This document shows, piece by piece, positions 12,849-26,500 of a DNA stretch of 64,000 nucleotides. The stretch comes from Raillietiella orientalis (taxonomy: Eukaryota). The position numbers and the translations under genes were made by a program. Location of the stretch: the NCBI GenBank assembly GCA_036172245.1, contig JAYWIR010000014.1, positions 3,534,001 through 3,598,000 on the forward strand, read 5' to 3'. Position 1 is the first letter of the stretch. Each line of letters starts with the position of its first letter. Under the pieces are notes generated by a model. That model saw only the letters and a program-made list of their open reading frames with translations. It did not search any database and was not told the origin of the DNA.

Positions 12849-14343
12849 TCATTCATTAAAGTCAAACAGATCACAGATGCCTTCACAGTCACCAAGAGTA
12901 AAATTATACTCGAATTCTGGAAACGACGGCTCCAAGGGCAGGAATTGTTCAGATAATTCCAAATCTACAAATACCATCATATATACAAAAACTCCAAATT
13001 GATTTGGGAATTTTAAAATTACCGTTTTGTTCTTTTTTGACACACAAAAAATCTTCCTGCTCATTTGAAAGATATGTAAAAGAAGGATCACAATCCATAA
13101 CAAGCTGACTATTTTTTTTGGGTGATAAGAATGATGCATCAATATCATTTGATGACTGGGATAACAACTGATTGATTTTATTACATTCTTCATCAGGAAG
13201 CAGAAAGACATCAACATGGCCTGTTTTGCTTTTTACGTGCATCTGCAAAGACTTCAAAAACAATTAAAATGACAGCAAATTTTACAACTTACTTCCTCAG
13301 GAAATTGCAGTTGAGTTTCTGGAGGACACTTTATGATTAGTAGTGTCTGATTGCACATCTGACCTAACTGATGAAGGTCACTATGAGTAACATAAGCTTG
13401 CTTCAAGTTATCAGTAAGCTGTCTCAAACTCTGTTCTGAAAGAAAATCAGAAAGAAATCTAAATGTTCACATACTTACTGGCATAAGTAATTAACTGATC
13501 AATGTGGTTTTCTTTAGCATCTAAATTCGTCAGTTCGTTATCAGAGTCCCTGTCCATAAAAAAACTTTGTGAACCTCTAGCCACACAATTAAATGAGAAA
13601 GGAAATACAGCACTGTGGAACTAACCTCCACATGACTTTATTTTTGGATTGCTTTATTACAAGTCCAATACCTTCTAATACATTTGTAACATCATAAATA
13701 CGACGCTTCTGAATATTCAAAGTAGCAGAAGCATGATTGAGATCAATTACACCATTGTTAGATTGTTTGACTATATCCATAAATTGTTTTGTCAACTGTA
13801 CTAGTGAAGTATCAAATCGACCTACGAAACATTGTTTACACTAATGGCTTCACAACTTACATACTAATAAACAAAAAAGGCAGAACAAAAATTCACCATG
13901 ACGTTTCACATATTGTTTACAATTATGGCCATTTTCTATTTTCCACGTTTCTCCAAGTTCTAACTGGATGCATTTACTATCAGCCTCAAGTTCAAGCTTT
14001 CTTTTGACTCCCTATGGAGAGACTTGTGAATGACAAATAAATTGAATTTATTTATACATAGTTCTAATCAAGCATTTTAACAAATTGTCAATTCCAGAAT
14101 TTGTACTCTAAACAATACAATAAAGTACCTTTTTATTTGTAGACTGTTCAATATAAGCAGCTTTTTTCAGAACATATACATCAGGAGTGTGAGCAGGAGT
14201 TAATACATTACTTCCTAAGATCTATTTGAAACATCAAAATACAATATACTTTCAACACTCTTCACCTCTATGTTTTTTGCCAAAACAGGGGTTTTAAAGT
14301 TCATCTGAAAGCTTTCAAACTTCGAAGACGGTGTTGAGCACAT
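12849..14343 (-). CDS. E2F: E2F transcription factor (activator E2F1/2/3-like), ~8 exons
   Basis: Spliced reading from ATG 14343: MCSTPSSK..., GVKRKLEL (cyclin-docking RxL), [13 protein letters not shown]...IDLN...[28 protein letters not shown] (E2F DNA-binding domain), AYVTHSDL...[10 protein letters not shown] (coiled-coil/marked box), and C-terminal [17 protein letters not shown] (pocket-protein-binding motif). Stop at 12849-12851; short GT-AG introns. Confidence 0.93.
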
Positions 14344-14921
14344 CTCAACTTTTGGTAGTATTTAATTGGGCGAACTCTTGAGCAGTTTAAACTATGCAAA
14401 ATATGATGGGAATCGAAGCGGCTTATGAAGCTACAATCAGATAAACTTTTTGATAATTCCAAAATTGTCGTGTTATTCAGGTTACATTAATTGTAATTCA
14501 TATATTCTGTAACAATTGCTCAATACAGCAATTCTTTTTATAGAATAAATCAAGCATTACCTTACCATTGTGCTGTTCTTTAAATATGAAGTATACAAAG
14601 AAACTCATAGACTACATGTTATTTATTTTTATGCTGTGTTATTTTTCGATTTACGCATTACAGCATTTGTTTTGCATCCTGAATCTTACTTCAACTCGTT
14701 AAATACTTGCAGTACCATAAAAATTAAAATGAAGTCTCGAAGTATTTTATTTGAAAAACATTAAATCCCCATCCAGTACTATCAAACACTAGAATTTTCA
14801 TATTCATTCAGTTTCGAATCATTATTGTCCATTTCGTCCTTCGTACGGTCAACCATTTCCGTTTGCTCACTAATGTTTACAATAAGATCACCACCGCAAC
14901 TCGAAAATTTCCTGTTGAACA

Positions 14922-14932
14922 TTCCCGCCAAA
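14922..14932 (-). promoter_or_regulatory. Consensus E2F-binding site upstream of the E2F gene
   Basis: Minus strand TTTGGCGGGAA fits the TTTSSCGS-type E2F consensus, ~580 bp upstream of the E2F ATG. Confidence 0.5.
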
Positions 14933-17297
14933 TTACGTTGAGCACAAGCGTTGATAGGGTTGAAAGCCAAAAACGCAAAGCGCTCAGCACTTCTTTGTTA
15001 CCACTAAAACAATTTTATTTAGTAAATTTCGTTTCCAAACAGGACAAAGAACGATTAGAAAAATGAAATTACTTACAACTCAAGAAGGTTCAGTTATCGA
15101 TTCACTGACTAATAAACACTTAATCATAGTGTACTACACTGAGTGCACGAAACTCTTGCATCAGCAAACTTGGATGTAGGAATTATTTGACTGAAATGGA
15201 TTGCAAAAAAAACACCAACTGGAAGCTAGAAAACAATTGTTTTAGATAATATAGTCATTAACTGCATGTTGCATAAGTGTATAGATGTTAGCTGTATTAT
15301 TTTAAACTACGTAGATGTCGATCGTTATGTAAGAATGTTTTGGTGTTGTAGCAATTTTTATATTTTCTATAAATTACTAGATACTTCTCATGTATTGCAG
15401 ATGTCTATAATGTACATATCAGATGTATGTATAATTTTCTTCCATTGGCAGTTCTGCACTCATCACATCATAAATCGGGTTTTCTGTAATTGATCAGACT
15501 CCCGATATTCGTATCACGTTTGAATGCCAGAAATGTTAAACTCTTGGACACGAAACTGCACTACATTCAAATCAAGAGTATTCAGTAAAAAAGACTGTTT
15601 GGGGCTGAGACCTATTGAGTTAATTAATCTTATAAATCTTCAATGGAAAAGTTAGAGGAACATGGAAACTATTAGGACCAATTACTCATTTATTACAATT
15701 AATGTCTGCTTACGCTAGCAGCGTTGTTAACCGAAACAAGTGATAACTAATATATGTATAACAATCATACAATGAGGATCAAGAGTAAGGTTTCACAATA
15801 GGATTACCATTATTGAAAACTGAAGTGTACAAGCAACGTCAATCTTGAAAAAAAAAAAAAATGTTGAATTTCGATTATAAGTACTGGAAATTTTATTCAA
15901 TTTTTCAGCATTAAGAGAACGACTTCATCAATTTTTGTTCATCAAAAACATAATATAAATTAGCTTCCTAATTCTGTAACTTTAAACTGTCATCTCGAGT
16001 TTGAAATTGCGAGGAGACATTATTATTAACTATTAGTATTAGAAACTGAGTATTCTGCACTAAAAAATTGAGAAATGAAAAAACCAAGGCTTGACCCTGA
16101 AAGCACCTAGACGTCGAAACTGGACAGCAAGGAAAGTTAATCAACGCTTCAAGTAGTTTTATAGATGCATGCTCCGAAGAAATGGAAAAGACCCTCGAAG
16201 AATTACACAGATTACCATATAAATAGAAAGCCAACCAAGGCAAACACGTTTATTAGAGCTGTTAGCACTCTGTCAAATGATTTCAACTAATGGGTCCGAA
16301 ACGATGGAGGAAGCCGAGCAATTAGCACAAGGTTCTTTTTCAACTAATTTTGAGGTTGGCAACGGTTGGTGAGTTAGGACTCTATGAGGCTTAGAAAATA
16401 ACATAGGAAGAAACAAGAAGCAAATAAACAGTTATTGACTTCGTAATTGTGAGTGATGAAGCTTCTGCTTAGCACCTTGGAAACATTTAGTCTGTGGAAC
16501 ATTTGTGAAGCTGACAAAAAATTTTAGAACTTGCGAGCTGTCATCGTTGACAGATTAGCATTCAAGGATTCCAATTGCTAGAATGCAGAATTTCTAAGCT
16601 TCGAGAGAACTGTTGCGGATGTGCTCTATCTAAGGGAGCAAAAAGCCGAAACTTTAGAGATTATTCGGAGTGAACTCCGGGATGCTTCACAAACTTCGAT
16701 CGAATTGCAAAAATAAGGATTTTCCAATGATGATGTTCAAGCTTACCAACATGAATTTGCTGTTTTTCATATTTTTCCTACAAATCCTATTAGCTCAACC
16801 AATTTTTGGACCGAAGGATTGTAACCCAAATCCAAAAAACAGTACAAAGCACAGATCCTATATGCTATGTTATTGAAGATGTTATTGATGATGTGACTCT
16901 TTTAAAAGACTCAGCTGCAAAAATTGTCTCACAGCTTAATTGCCTAGAAGATTGGTCATCTTTGCAGATGCTGATAGGAACTCAAAATAAAACATTGATT
17001 GCAGATTTCAACTGCTAGAACTTATTGATCTCTTCGAGGAGCAGGTGAACATTGACTATGAAAGTCCTGTAACTCTGAAGAAACCTACGTTCTTTTAGAA
17101 GCAAGGCGCTGGAAAGTTTAACACCCAAATGTCACCATTGACTACGATTTGACAAGGAATGAAATCCAGAAATCACTTATTAGTATTACTTAATTACATT
17201 TGTAGAGAGGAAGAGTAACAACAGAGCAATGATTAACAATCCTAGAATAAATTGAATGATTAAGAATGTCGTGGTGGATGTAGCGAAGTAGACCCTG

Positions 17298-17917
17298 ATG
17301 CCAATCAATCAGAGGGCCACAGGGGTAGACTCCCCTTTGCGACCCAGCCTCATACTAGAGAAGGGTAACCGCATGATAGTACTGGACGTCTGTTGCCCGT
17401 TCGAGAGTGGAAGGGAGACCTTCAGCGCAGCCAGGAAAAGCAAGATGGGAAAATACAAAGTGATCTTCCAGCTAACCAAGGAAGGGAAGCACTGCAAAGC
17501 GCATGCTTTCATCGTCGGTCCACTAGGGGCCTGGGATCCAGAAAATGAAGAGCTACTGGACGTTGGAGTCCCTAGGAAGTACTCAGAGAAGACGAAGACC
17601 CTTATGTTGGCCTCTTGTATCCGATACTCCAGGGACATCTACGTGACACACATCACAGGAAGAATATCAAAACAGACCGAAGTCAATTTGCAGATGGAAA
17701 AGCCCAGCGAATCGCTCTCGCGATAGGTCCGCATCTGAGGACAGACAAGATGATCAAACTCACTGGAATAAGGTGCAACGTGAGCCACAGATAGACAGTT
17801 AAGGAGTCCCGGAATAATATGAAGAGTTCCTCCTGTGATGCTTTGATGAATGGTATCCTTGAACAAATAAAGCTTGCTATGCATCGTTTGAGCATCTTCA
17901 AACTAAAGGTCGATCTT
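17298..17917 (+). mobile_element. 5'-truncated NeSL/Utopia-type (RLE) non-LTR retrotransposon: endonuclease domain plus 3' tail
   Basis: ORF 17298-17726: LRPSLILEKG..IVLDVCCPFE..ETFSAARKSKMGKY (PD-(D/E)xK RLE, with PD read as PS), then AFIVGPLGAWDPENE...SCIRYSRDIYVTHITG, typical of NeSL/Utopia C-termini. The downstream tail contains AATAAA and is repeated at 10484-10642. Confidence 0.85.
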
Positions 17918-18163
17918 GAAGTATTCATGTAGCTACAATCAAAAAACTTTTTTTCCCCTTAAAAATTGCATGCGTGGTATTGAGGACCTTTAAATGCTGT
18001 TAAGAAAGAGAACTTCTCTACAATTTTATTAAAATTTCTTTACTGTTTCAATTCTTTGCTATTTCTGATCATTTTCTCTTCCTAATTTCAGTAAATTAAT
18101 CTGCATATTATACAGGAAACGGTTTACTCTATGCATTCGGTAAAAAATCTTCAGATTTGCTAA

Positions 18164-18205
18164 ATTTATTCGTGAACTTCCTTTTTAGGAAGTTCATGAA
18201 TAAAT
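18164..18205. repeat. 19-bp inverted repeat (one G-T pair), 4-nt loop
   Basis: ATTTATTCGTGAACTTCCT-tttt-AGGAAGTTCATGAATAAAT. Confidence 0.9.
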
Positions 18206-19342
18206 CCAAGTAATGTTGCATACAAACACAGACATATATCAACTTGTCATTCCATACCGACTTCAAATAGGGCGGGCATTATTAGTGCTGATTGTGTAGT
18301 TGCAAATTCATTTGATATTTTCGTTTTTGAAGCAAATTTCGATGCTTATTTGAAGAATAATTGGCAAAATGCAATATGCTCGTTTTGCATTTAGACATAT
18401 AAATGTCTAAATGTGTATTCTTAATGTAGTTGGCTCTATACACAATGGGACTGCTTTGCGTAAACCTCAGCAGCCTGCATTTCGGTGTTTTTCGCAATCT
18501 GACTAGAATAGTAGTAGTTTATTTCAAGACAACCTTTAAAAACAAATACACAACAAAACAGTTTCCTCATCATAAGTCTTTTGTTTTTCCATTGGACACT
18601 CTCTTTTAAGAAGGTATGTTTGTTTTTCTCCTAAATTCATTGCGTCAAAATCCATGTCAAAAGATTCTTTCTCTACATCTTAGCGTTTGATTCTATCTTC
18701 CCATGAGGAAAGTGATCCAAATTCTGTCGGTACCTCTACATTATGGCGATGAAAATTTTTGATGTGACAAATTCTCTTGATTCCTCCAACTCGGTTTCAG
18801 GAATGGAGCACTTCCAACTCGTGAGAATTTTTCACACTTTAATTCCTTTTTATGCTCTGTTTCTTGGAGAATCACCTTGACAATGTTTTGAAGTTCTGTC
18901 TGCCTCTTTTCGAATTGGCGCTCAACCTCTTTGTGATGTGGGAATTTTGATACACCTGTATCTTTCAGCAGAGACAGTGCTGATTCATTTCGAAGTGCTC
19001 GTCACTATGGACATCATAAATATCATTCATTTCCAACAGCCTCAGTTTTTCAACCTGCTCCTCCATCCCCTGCTTCCGTTCTCATAACCTCGTGTTTTTC
19101 GATTGCTTTTGAGTTTTATGCCGGACAAGATTGTGCTTGCAACTTAATCCAATCTTCATGCTTGTGGCATCTGATTTCTGTGCTACAGACTGAACTCCTA
19201 TGGACTTCAGCACGCGAATGTTCCATGCTGCCTCTCTGACATCGGTCATCGACGACATCTACAATAAACAATTAAAGATTTTCAATTGAAGATTACCGCG
19301 ATAGACGTTTTCAACTGTGTTAATCGGCATGTATATTAACTG

Positions 19343-19506
19343 CATGCTTTCGTCGTTAGCTCTCTGGAAGTCTGGATTCGGGAAACGAGGAAGTACTTCA
19401 GGACCTTGGGATTCCAAAAAAGCACTTGGACACGATGCAGCACCGGATGGTTACTTCGTGCGTCCGGTACTCCAGCAATATGTATGCAACCCACGTCACA
19501 AGAGGA
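19343..19506 (+). mobile_element. Second NeSL/Utopia-type RLE C-terminal remnant (frameshifted)
   Basis: HAFVVSSLEVW / DSGNEEVLQDLGIPKKHLDTMQHRMVTSCVRYSSNMYATHVT aligns with HAFIVGPLGAWDPENEELL-DVGVPRKYSEKTKTLMLASCIRYSRDIYVTHIT of the 17298 copy. Confidence 0.8.
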
Positions 19507-19885
19507 ACCGGCAAACTCGTGCAGCAGGAGAACCTGGATCTTGGATCGCTTGCAGTCCAACGAACTTCAACGCCTGGAGGCAGGAAGTGTTATTGTCCTG
19601 GGCAAGGCATCGGGAAGTGCCGCTAATCGAACTTCGTTGGGTGAACCTTTCCCCTTATCTTCCATTGAAGGATTTGATGCAAGTACAGGGCAAGTGAACC
19701 AGCCTGGCCACCACACCCCTTGCTGCAGCGCTGTCTGCTCTAAGGGCAAGTGATGATAGTTGCCTACCGGCAAGGTGGGAGGTCGCCTGCACTATCGCAG
19801 GTGCAACCCGACCCATGGGCGGCTGGAGGACTAGCGAGCTGGCAGACGCCGCCACACCTCGCATCATCCCGAAGGGACTCCTTCG

Positions 19886-20414
19886 GTGGAGCGAACTTTT
19901 GTGTGTGACCCCGAAGAACTTGTGGTTCCTCCCTCCTGCTTGAACACTTCCGTGTTCCCCCTTTCTTGGAAGCAGGACATCATCATGCTGGTGCATTGGG
20001 CTTCCATTGCAACCAGCGCACGAACCTTGTTTCCGGGGGAGTTGTCTCCCCGAACTGTAAAAGGTGCGGAGCAGCCGAAACGCTCCCGCACCTGCTCCTG
20101 GACTGCGGTGTCCTCCAAGGACTATGGCGGAGGCTGGCCTCAGCTCTCCTGCTCCAGGGGGATACCGCAAGGAATTTGATGCGCCGCTTCTTCACGCCAG
20201 GCGGCCTGTCCTTAGGTGCTGTTATTGCAACGGTCTGTTGAACTCGCGCCATCGACAAGGCCCACCGAGAACTGGAGAGGCAGGCGATTCGGCGACAGGC
20301 CAAAGGAATAGCCGACGAGAACATGACGTCGGCTGCCAGGTGGTCTCATCTTCCAGAAGACGCAAGGAAGATCTCCGGCATCCAACGCCGGTTCTGAAAG
20401 GAAGGAACGGCTGA
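19886..20414 (+). mobile_element. L1/Tx1-like LINE ORF2 C-terminal remnant (zf-RVT CCHC knuckle)
   Basis: SPNCKRCGAAETLPHLLLDCGVLQGLW fits the CX2C...ET..HL...C....LW knuckle. The block is GC-rich, has frameshifts and stops, and is followed by a pyrimidine/AT-rich tail. Confidence 0.65.
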
Positions 20415-20999
20415 AGCCAAAGACCCCTCTCCCTTCCCCTCTCCATATTTTTATTTATATATTTTTAAATGTGTATCTGTGGTCCCCTCCCTAACGTTCC
20501 GGACTTTCGGATTTATCGACCTGTGTGTCGGGAGATCTCCCTTCGTTTTTCTGTGCCCTTTGTCCGGGAACTCTGTTCCCAGATAGTTTAGAAATAAATG
20601 CCCCGGCGCACCCGGGTGAGAAGCAGCAGGAGACCCCAGCAGTCTGCTCTCGCGAGACATAGAACAGAAATCCGAGGAAGCGACATGCTGAGAGGAGACG
20701 AATGCCCAGATAAACAGAGGAGGAATTCAGGAAGAATGCCAAGAGACCCCCTCCCCATAACATGTCATGTAATTGTAAATCAAAACAGTAAAAAACTGCA
20801 AGCATTGTAGATGTCGTCTACAATACACCTATTTCGTTTTGTATTTGCTTTTAGCCGCACTTTGCTTTAGCTTCTTTTGGAGAAGGGGTTGCCCCACGGC
20901 TAAATGTCATACAACTTCGGTAAATTGTCGAAATGGTGCTGGTTTGTGGCTTGCACGCATAGCACCCATTTCGCATGTATAATAACAGAGCATCTTAGA

Positions 21000-21566
21000 G
21001 TTCATTCTCAAAACAACGGAGCTGAGCAATCTTGCGTCTTCGTTAGGCTTACTGTCACGAATGTCTCCCCTCCAAAAGATGTTTGCCGCAGTGCTTTTTT
21101 GTATCACTTTTTGTACTCCGCCCTAGTGGACAAAGTGCTCCTGGACGTTCCTCTGATATGTAGAGGGATTCAAATCTTACAGATTTACATGGTTGCAGTT
21201 TTCTTGATTCCTTTTAAGTTACTTTCATCAACGTTGGTCCACCTATCAGTGAGAGCCCCAATCAGATCGTGTAAACGGAAATCCGTTCTTAAAAGGTGCA
21301 ATTGACTTCACTTCTCCAGGGTGCATTCTGATTGTACAATGAAAAGCAGATGACCCGCACTACACTGTTTCAGCTTGGTCCCAATTTGAAGGCAAATGTA
21401 CATTATGGACTTATGGGCATTTTTTAGTTCCATTATTTCAGAGTTTTGTACCTCCAGAACTTTCTAAAATTTTCGAAGCTGCTCTCACTGCATAGGATGC
21501 CGCTGCTGATGGAGTCATTTTCACTCCTTTTGCCGTGAGTATGGACTCAGAATGGCGGAATTCCAT
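21000..21566 (-). pseudogene. Possible degenerate multi-exon gene of unknown family
   Basis: ATG 21566 opens MEFRHSESILTAKGVKMTPSAAASYAVRAASKILESSG, then a 42-nt GT-AG intron (21410-21451) and in-frame VHNVHLPSNWDQAETV. Further exon-like segments contain stops and frameshifts. No family recognised. Confidence 0.3.
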
Positions 21567-23566
21567 GACAACGATCAACGATTTTACCTACATTTATCGG
21601 CATGTATGCTAAAGCGAAATGTCCACGTCCATTTTTGTGCATTTTCCTATATGAGAAGTACGGAGTCGCAGTCCGAAAAGGGGCGATTTTCTCTCTCCTC
21701 GCTCTCTGTGTACATTAATATTCTGATTTTTTAATATATGCATATATGAAGAGAAAACTAGAATATTTTCAACATGTATATATATGCATATTTATGTATG
21801 TGTGTATATGTATTACTGTATTAAAGAAAAGAAAACAAAAGCTAGAATTAATAGAAGTTATTTATCATACTCAAAATAATTAGCAATGATGCTTGATGAA
21901 AGAGTTAGATTTTTTCATTACAGGTAGTTTCATTAGAACTTAATTTCCAAATAGAAGAATGTTTGAATATCCTAATGTCCTCATTACAATGTGCTTCGTA
22001 AAATCTTGTTAGGTTATGTTATCAAAATTCAGATCTTGAGATTGCTTTAAGTATTTTAATCAATAAAAGCTTGTCTTTTGGATTAATTTCATACTTATAC
22101 TATTTTTTATAAGAATGACCACGGTTTATTGTATGTTTTTCAAAAGAGAAAATAGTGGATTATAGGTATCAGTAGTGAGGTTAATGTCCCATGTGTAATG
22201 ATGAAACTTTAGGTCATATGATATTCCGAAGAACTTTCTTTGATGATGTCTTGTACAATGAACAATTACACGAAATAATATCTGTATCTTTTTACAGATA
22301 AACCTAATTAAATTCTAAAGTTATTTTTTTTGTCATGTTTAATTTGAAAATGGTAACCAAAGATCCCTTACTATTTCATACTCGTCATAAGAACGAGAGA
22401 AGTGAAAAGACCAGTGACCAAGCATATTTTAATTATATAATGAATAAATGTAAATTTTACTATATTTTAGCATTATGATTCTACGAGACAATTCAGGTAA
22501 TTTTAAAAAGCACTATGTATACGACTGAGGAAACAAATAGTTTTCAGTTGTGTCTACTCGCTAAATCTACGTATATTCTAGAGTTCAAAATACAATGAAT
22601 AATAAAAAAAATAGACATATTATCTCAATAATCGTTTAGTTACTTCAGTGATTACCATAAACTTTGCTTACTGCATGATAATATTCTTTCAAACTGCAGA
22701 ATTTTAGCTTTAATATTCGCAATATTTTTACTGATTTTGCAATATTTTGTTTTCATTCACATTTATTTCTGGAGTCTCTTGATTGCTTTAGGAATATCAT
22801 GAAGGATTACTCACAATTAAATGGAGAGTAATATGAAACTGTACTCTTAATATCTTCACAAATATGTAATCAAGAGAAAGAAAATGAATTGCATTTCCTG
22901 CTGATCATATGTTTACCTTATGAATCTCTTTTGAAGTTTAATTCCCATACATCAATTAAATATGTATTTGCTCTGAATTTATGAATTTCTCATGAAACCA
23001 CAGTGTCGAAGAATGCCATTAAAATCAGTCTATAAATTTTAAATCATGTAGATTTATTTCATAATACGGTCAAGTATGCATAATTAAGTAAAAAATTCTA
23101 CATTTTAAAATAATGGAATTAAAATAGATCACTTGTGGTCGAATTGCATGATTTGATGCCTAACTAAAGAGAAAACCGTTTCATCCCGTTTCAAATGCTT
23201 TGTTTTATTAAACAAGAATTCATCCTTAAATCATGCAAAATTCAATTATCAGTAATGCGATTAAGGAAGTTATTTGCAATAAACTGTTAAGTATTTAATT
23301 TTATTGGAAATCCATCAAGTAATACATGATATTCTAATATAAGAGCATTTTTGTTCAGTTGGATGAAATATGGGAAATATTAAAGAAAACACTTGGCAAT
23401 CTGCAGATGCAGGACCTTCGTAGGAAAGTGGGATTTCTGTAAACAACATGCTTCTATGGAAAGGGACAAATGAAAGCAGTGAAAACTTTGCCCAATCGTT
23501 GTTAGTTTTATTGTTCGTACTTAAATATAATTTTCCAAGTATTGCAGAAACAAAGATTTTTTCATA

Positions 23567-26500
23567 ATGGAAAGTGCGGAATTTGTATTAACAAAAAATC
23601 AAATGTAAGGTTTGGGATAAAGACCTGTGAGCATAAAGGTTAAAATGTTTTTAGATTATGCTGTCAGTGTGGTATTGCAGTTGAACCCAATCCAGCAAAT
23701 ATGTGCGTGGCATGTATTCGTTCTCAAGTAGATATTACTGAAAATATTCCTAAACAAGGGAGTTTGTATTTTTGCAAATTCTGTGAGAGGTAAGTAAATG
23801 TCATGTACTGTTGATTTGATTCAAATCGGTATATTCTTTCGGGACGCCCGGATAACCGAAGTTGAAAGCATATGGAAAATAATGTATCCGATTCTGTAAT
23901 GTGCACTGTATTGAAATATATAGTTTGAGAATGAAGAACAGCTATAGTTTTTCTCATTTTTTTTCATCAAGCAGCGAAATACGTATTTATCTACCTAATG
24001 CAATAGTTATTATGGAAGTGAGAATTAATATAATTCTTTTCATTTCTTTACATGTGAGTGAAAGAACAGTTATTGATAATTGTCAGTTTTTAAGACAATC
24101 ATACTCATAATCAGGTTATTAAAATCAAATAAAATTGTTTTTTGATGCTCTAAAAACCAAGAACTATTAAAATTAAAAGAAATGGGAATTAGGTGTAGCT
24201 TTTGTTACATTTACACATTTATTTATGAATGAAGGTAAAATTTACCAATGGAATTGAACTTTCATCAAGGTGGATAGGAATTGTTCATTTCTTCGTTTGT
24301 AGCAATTTCTCAACTTGATATGTATCCAGGAAATGAATTACATCAATTCTAATGTGTGCATATATAAGGCAAACATAGGAAATGCTCAAGTACATGGATA
24401 CTTCTTTTTATTCTTTGTAGTATGTCCATAAGTTTAGTGGCTTCTCATAAATTAAATAGCATGCAGTTTGTTCATGCAAGATATGTAGTCTCTTACAGAT
24501 GTCCAACCAAAAATTTTGAGATGATTTGTATCGTTATGAACGAGAATTTTTGAAATGACATGTATGTAATGTGTTAGGTGTGATATGCATCTTGTAGTTT
24601 TATTCCATTCTATATCACGTTTTCACGTATATCTTCTGAAAATTTTTAAATGTCCAATAATTGTCTGCAAACCAAGCCCTAAACTGCTTGGTTTGCAGTA
24701 TTTGTAAATCTGTAGTTAAAGTGCGTTGTTGGGAATGTTCAAGTAATATGATACTTTTTGACTCATAATTATTATTGGTATTATTTTAAGCAGATTCATC
24801 AGAAATGCATTCGTACACACGTTAAGATACGTACACGTCGTAAGATTTTATTTCTAGGTGTAAATACTTTTTTATCATAGAGAAGACCATAGAGGAGCAA
24901 TGATTAGGAATTGTATTATGCTCTCTAATAGGTTCATTTGGATTAGGTGCACAAGTTGTTACTTTGTTGGTAGCATATTTGTTGCTTTGTTGAATATTTT
25001 CTCTGTACAGGATCATTCATTTCATTTTCAATTTGTTCAAAATTACTAGCAAATTTAAATGATGGTGTTTTTGTAATAATAAATTAACTGAAATAATGCA
25101 TTAACTGATTCATCATTGAAGTTGTGATTACTTAATGTTGATGTAATTGACTGATTCATTAATATTGATTTGATTGTTTCACATTTCATTTGGAATTTAT
25201 TTCTTTGCTCACTTTTTCCAGCACAATTAAGTTTGCATGTGCTTGCATAATTACTATGAGTAAATCTTTGAAAGTATCTTATTGTTTGTTTCAGGTATTT
25301 GCAACCTCCTAATCATTGGATCCACTGTAGTTTGGAGTCACGCGAATTATTGTCACTCTGTTTAAAAAAACTAAAGTCTTTGAATGAAACTCGCTTAGTG
25401 GATGCTGCTTTTATATGGACTGAACCCCATTCAAAAAGAATAAAGGTAGCATACTTTAAATACTCCAACTCCAACAAATAATATTTCGTAGAAACAAAGG
25501 TGCTAAAGTCCATACTAGCAGAGATTTCGTTTTCCAGATATGCAATTTGGAAGGTTTTTTTGTTTTTTAGTTTTTTTTTTTTATTGTTACAGCTTTGTCA
25601 AGTCAAGAATCCACTTTTATTCATATTAGTTTTGGTGCATTTGGTACACTGACTTGATTCATATGTGATTTAATTTTCCAATTTACATCAACACTTTTAA
25701 GGATTGTCATAAAAATCCATACAATCCATTCATATGTGGTTATACTTTGAGACTGTAATATATGTTTGACAGGGATATCTTATGAGAATTGGAGATAAGG
25801 CTACATCCTATTTCCCTTATTCTGGATATTATTTTCAAGTCGTATATTTTCTTTGGTCATATTTTTGTTGAACTTTTTGAACAATTCAATCACTACTTGT
25901 TCTATTAAATTTTACTAAGCATTTTATTAATTAACTAACAATCATGAATTTGCAAATCAGTATTTTAATAATGTGAGAGGACTGAAAAATCCAGCTGTAA
26001 TAGCCGGATTTTTGAATGCACCTGCAACTAGAAGGTTGAAGATCTTTCATAACAATCATCTCTTCAGAATTGATATTGTTAGTAATTGCTTTTGTTTTTA
26101 TTTTGATTTAAGCTCAAGTTGACAATTCAAAAAGAAGTAATTAATGGAGCAATATTGCAGCAACAGTTTGTTGTTGAATTTACTATTTGTCATCAAATAT
26201 GTGAGGACTGTAGACGATTTGAAGCTAAAGATTACTGGAAAGCAGTTGTACAGATTCGTCAAAAAACTGGTCACAGAAAGACATTTTATTATCTAGAACA
26301 ACTGGTTTTGAGACATAAAATGCATGAACAAGCACTTAACATTAAGGCAGTGAATGGTAAGTTACATTTATGCATTGAAAGTGCCATATGTTACTATTAA
26401 CGAAAATATTTCGTTTAGTTTACTGTATTTTGTTTTGCATGCTATGTAATCATTATTTTTAGTTAAAGATGTCAAAACTTAAAATCTCTTCCCACCTATG

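Noticed and set aside
20470..20482. GTATCTGT as a U2 3' flank after the Tx1-like remnant
   Set aside because: Only 8 nt match and the U2 continuation is absent.
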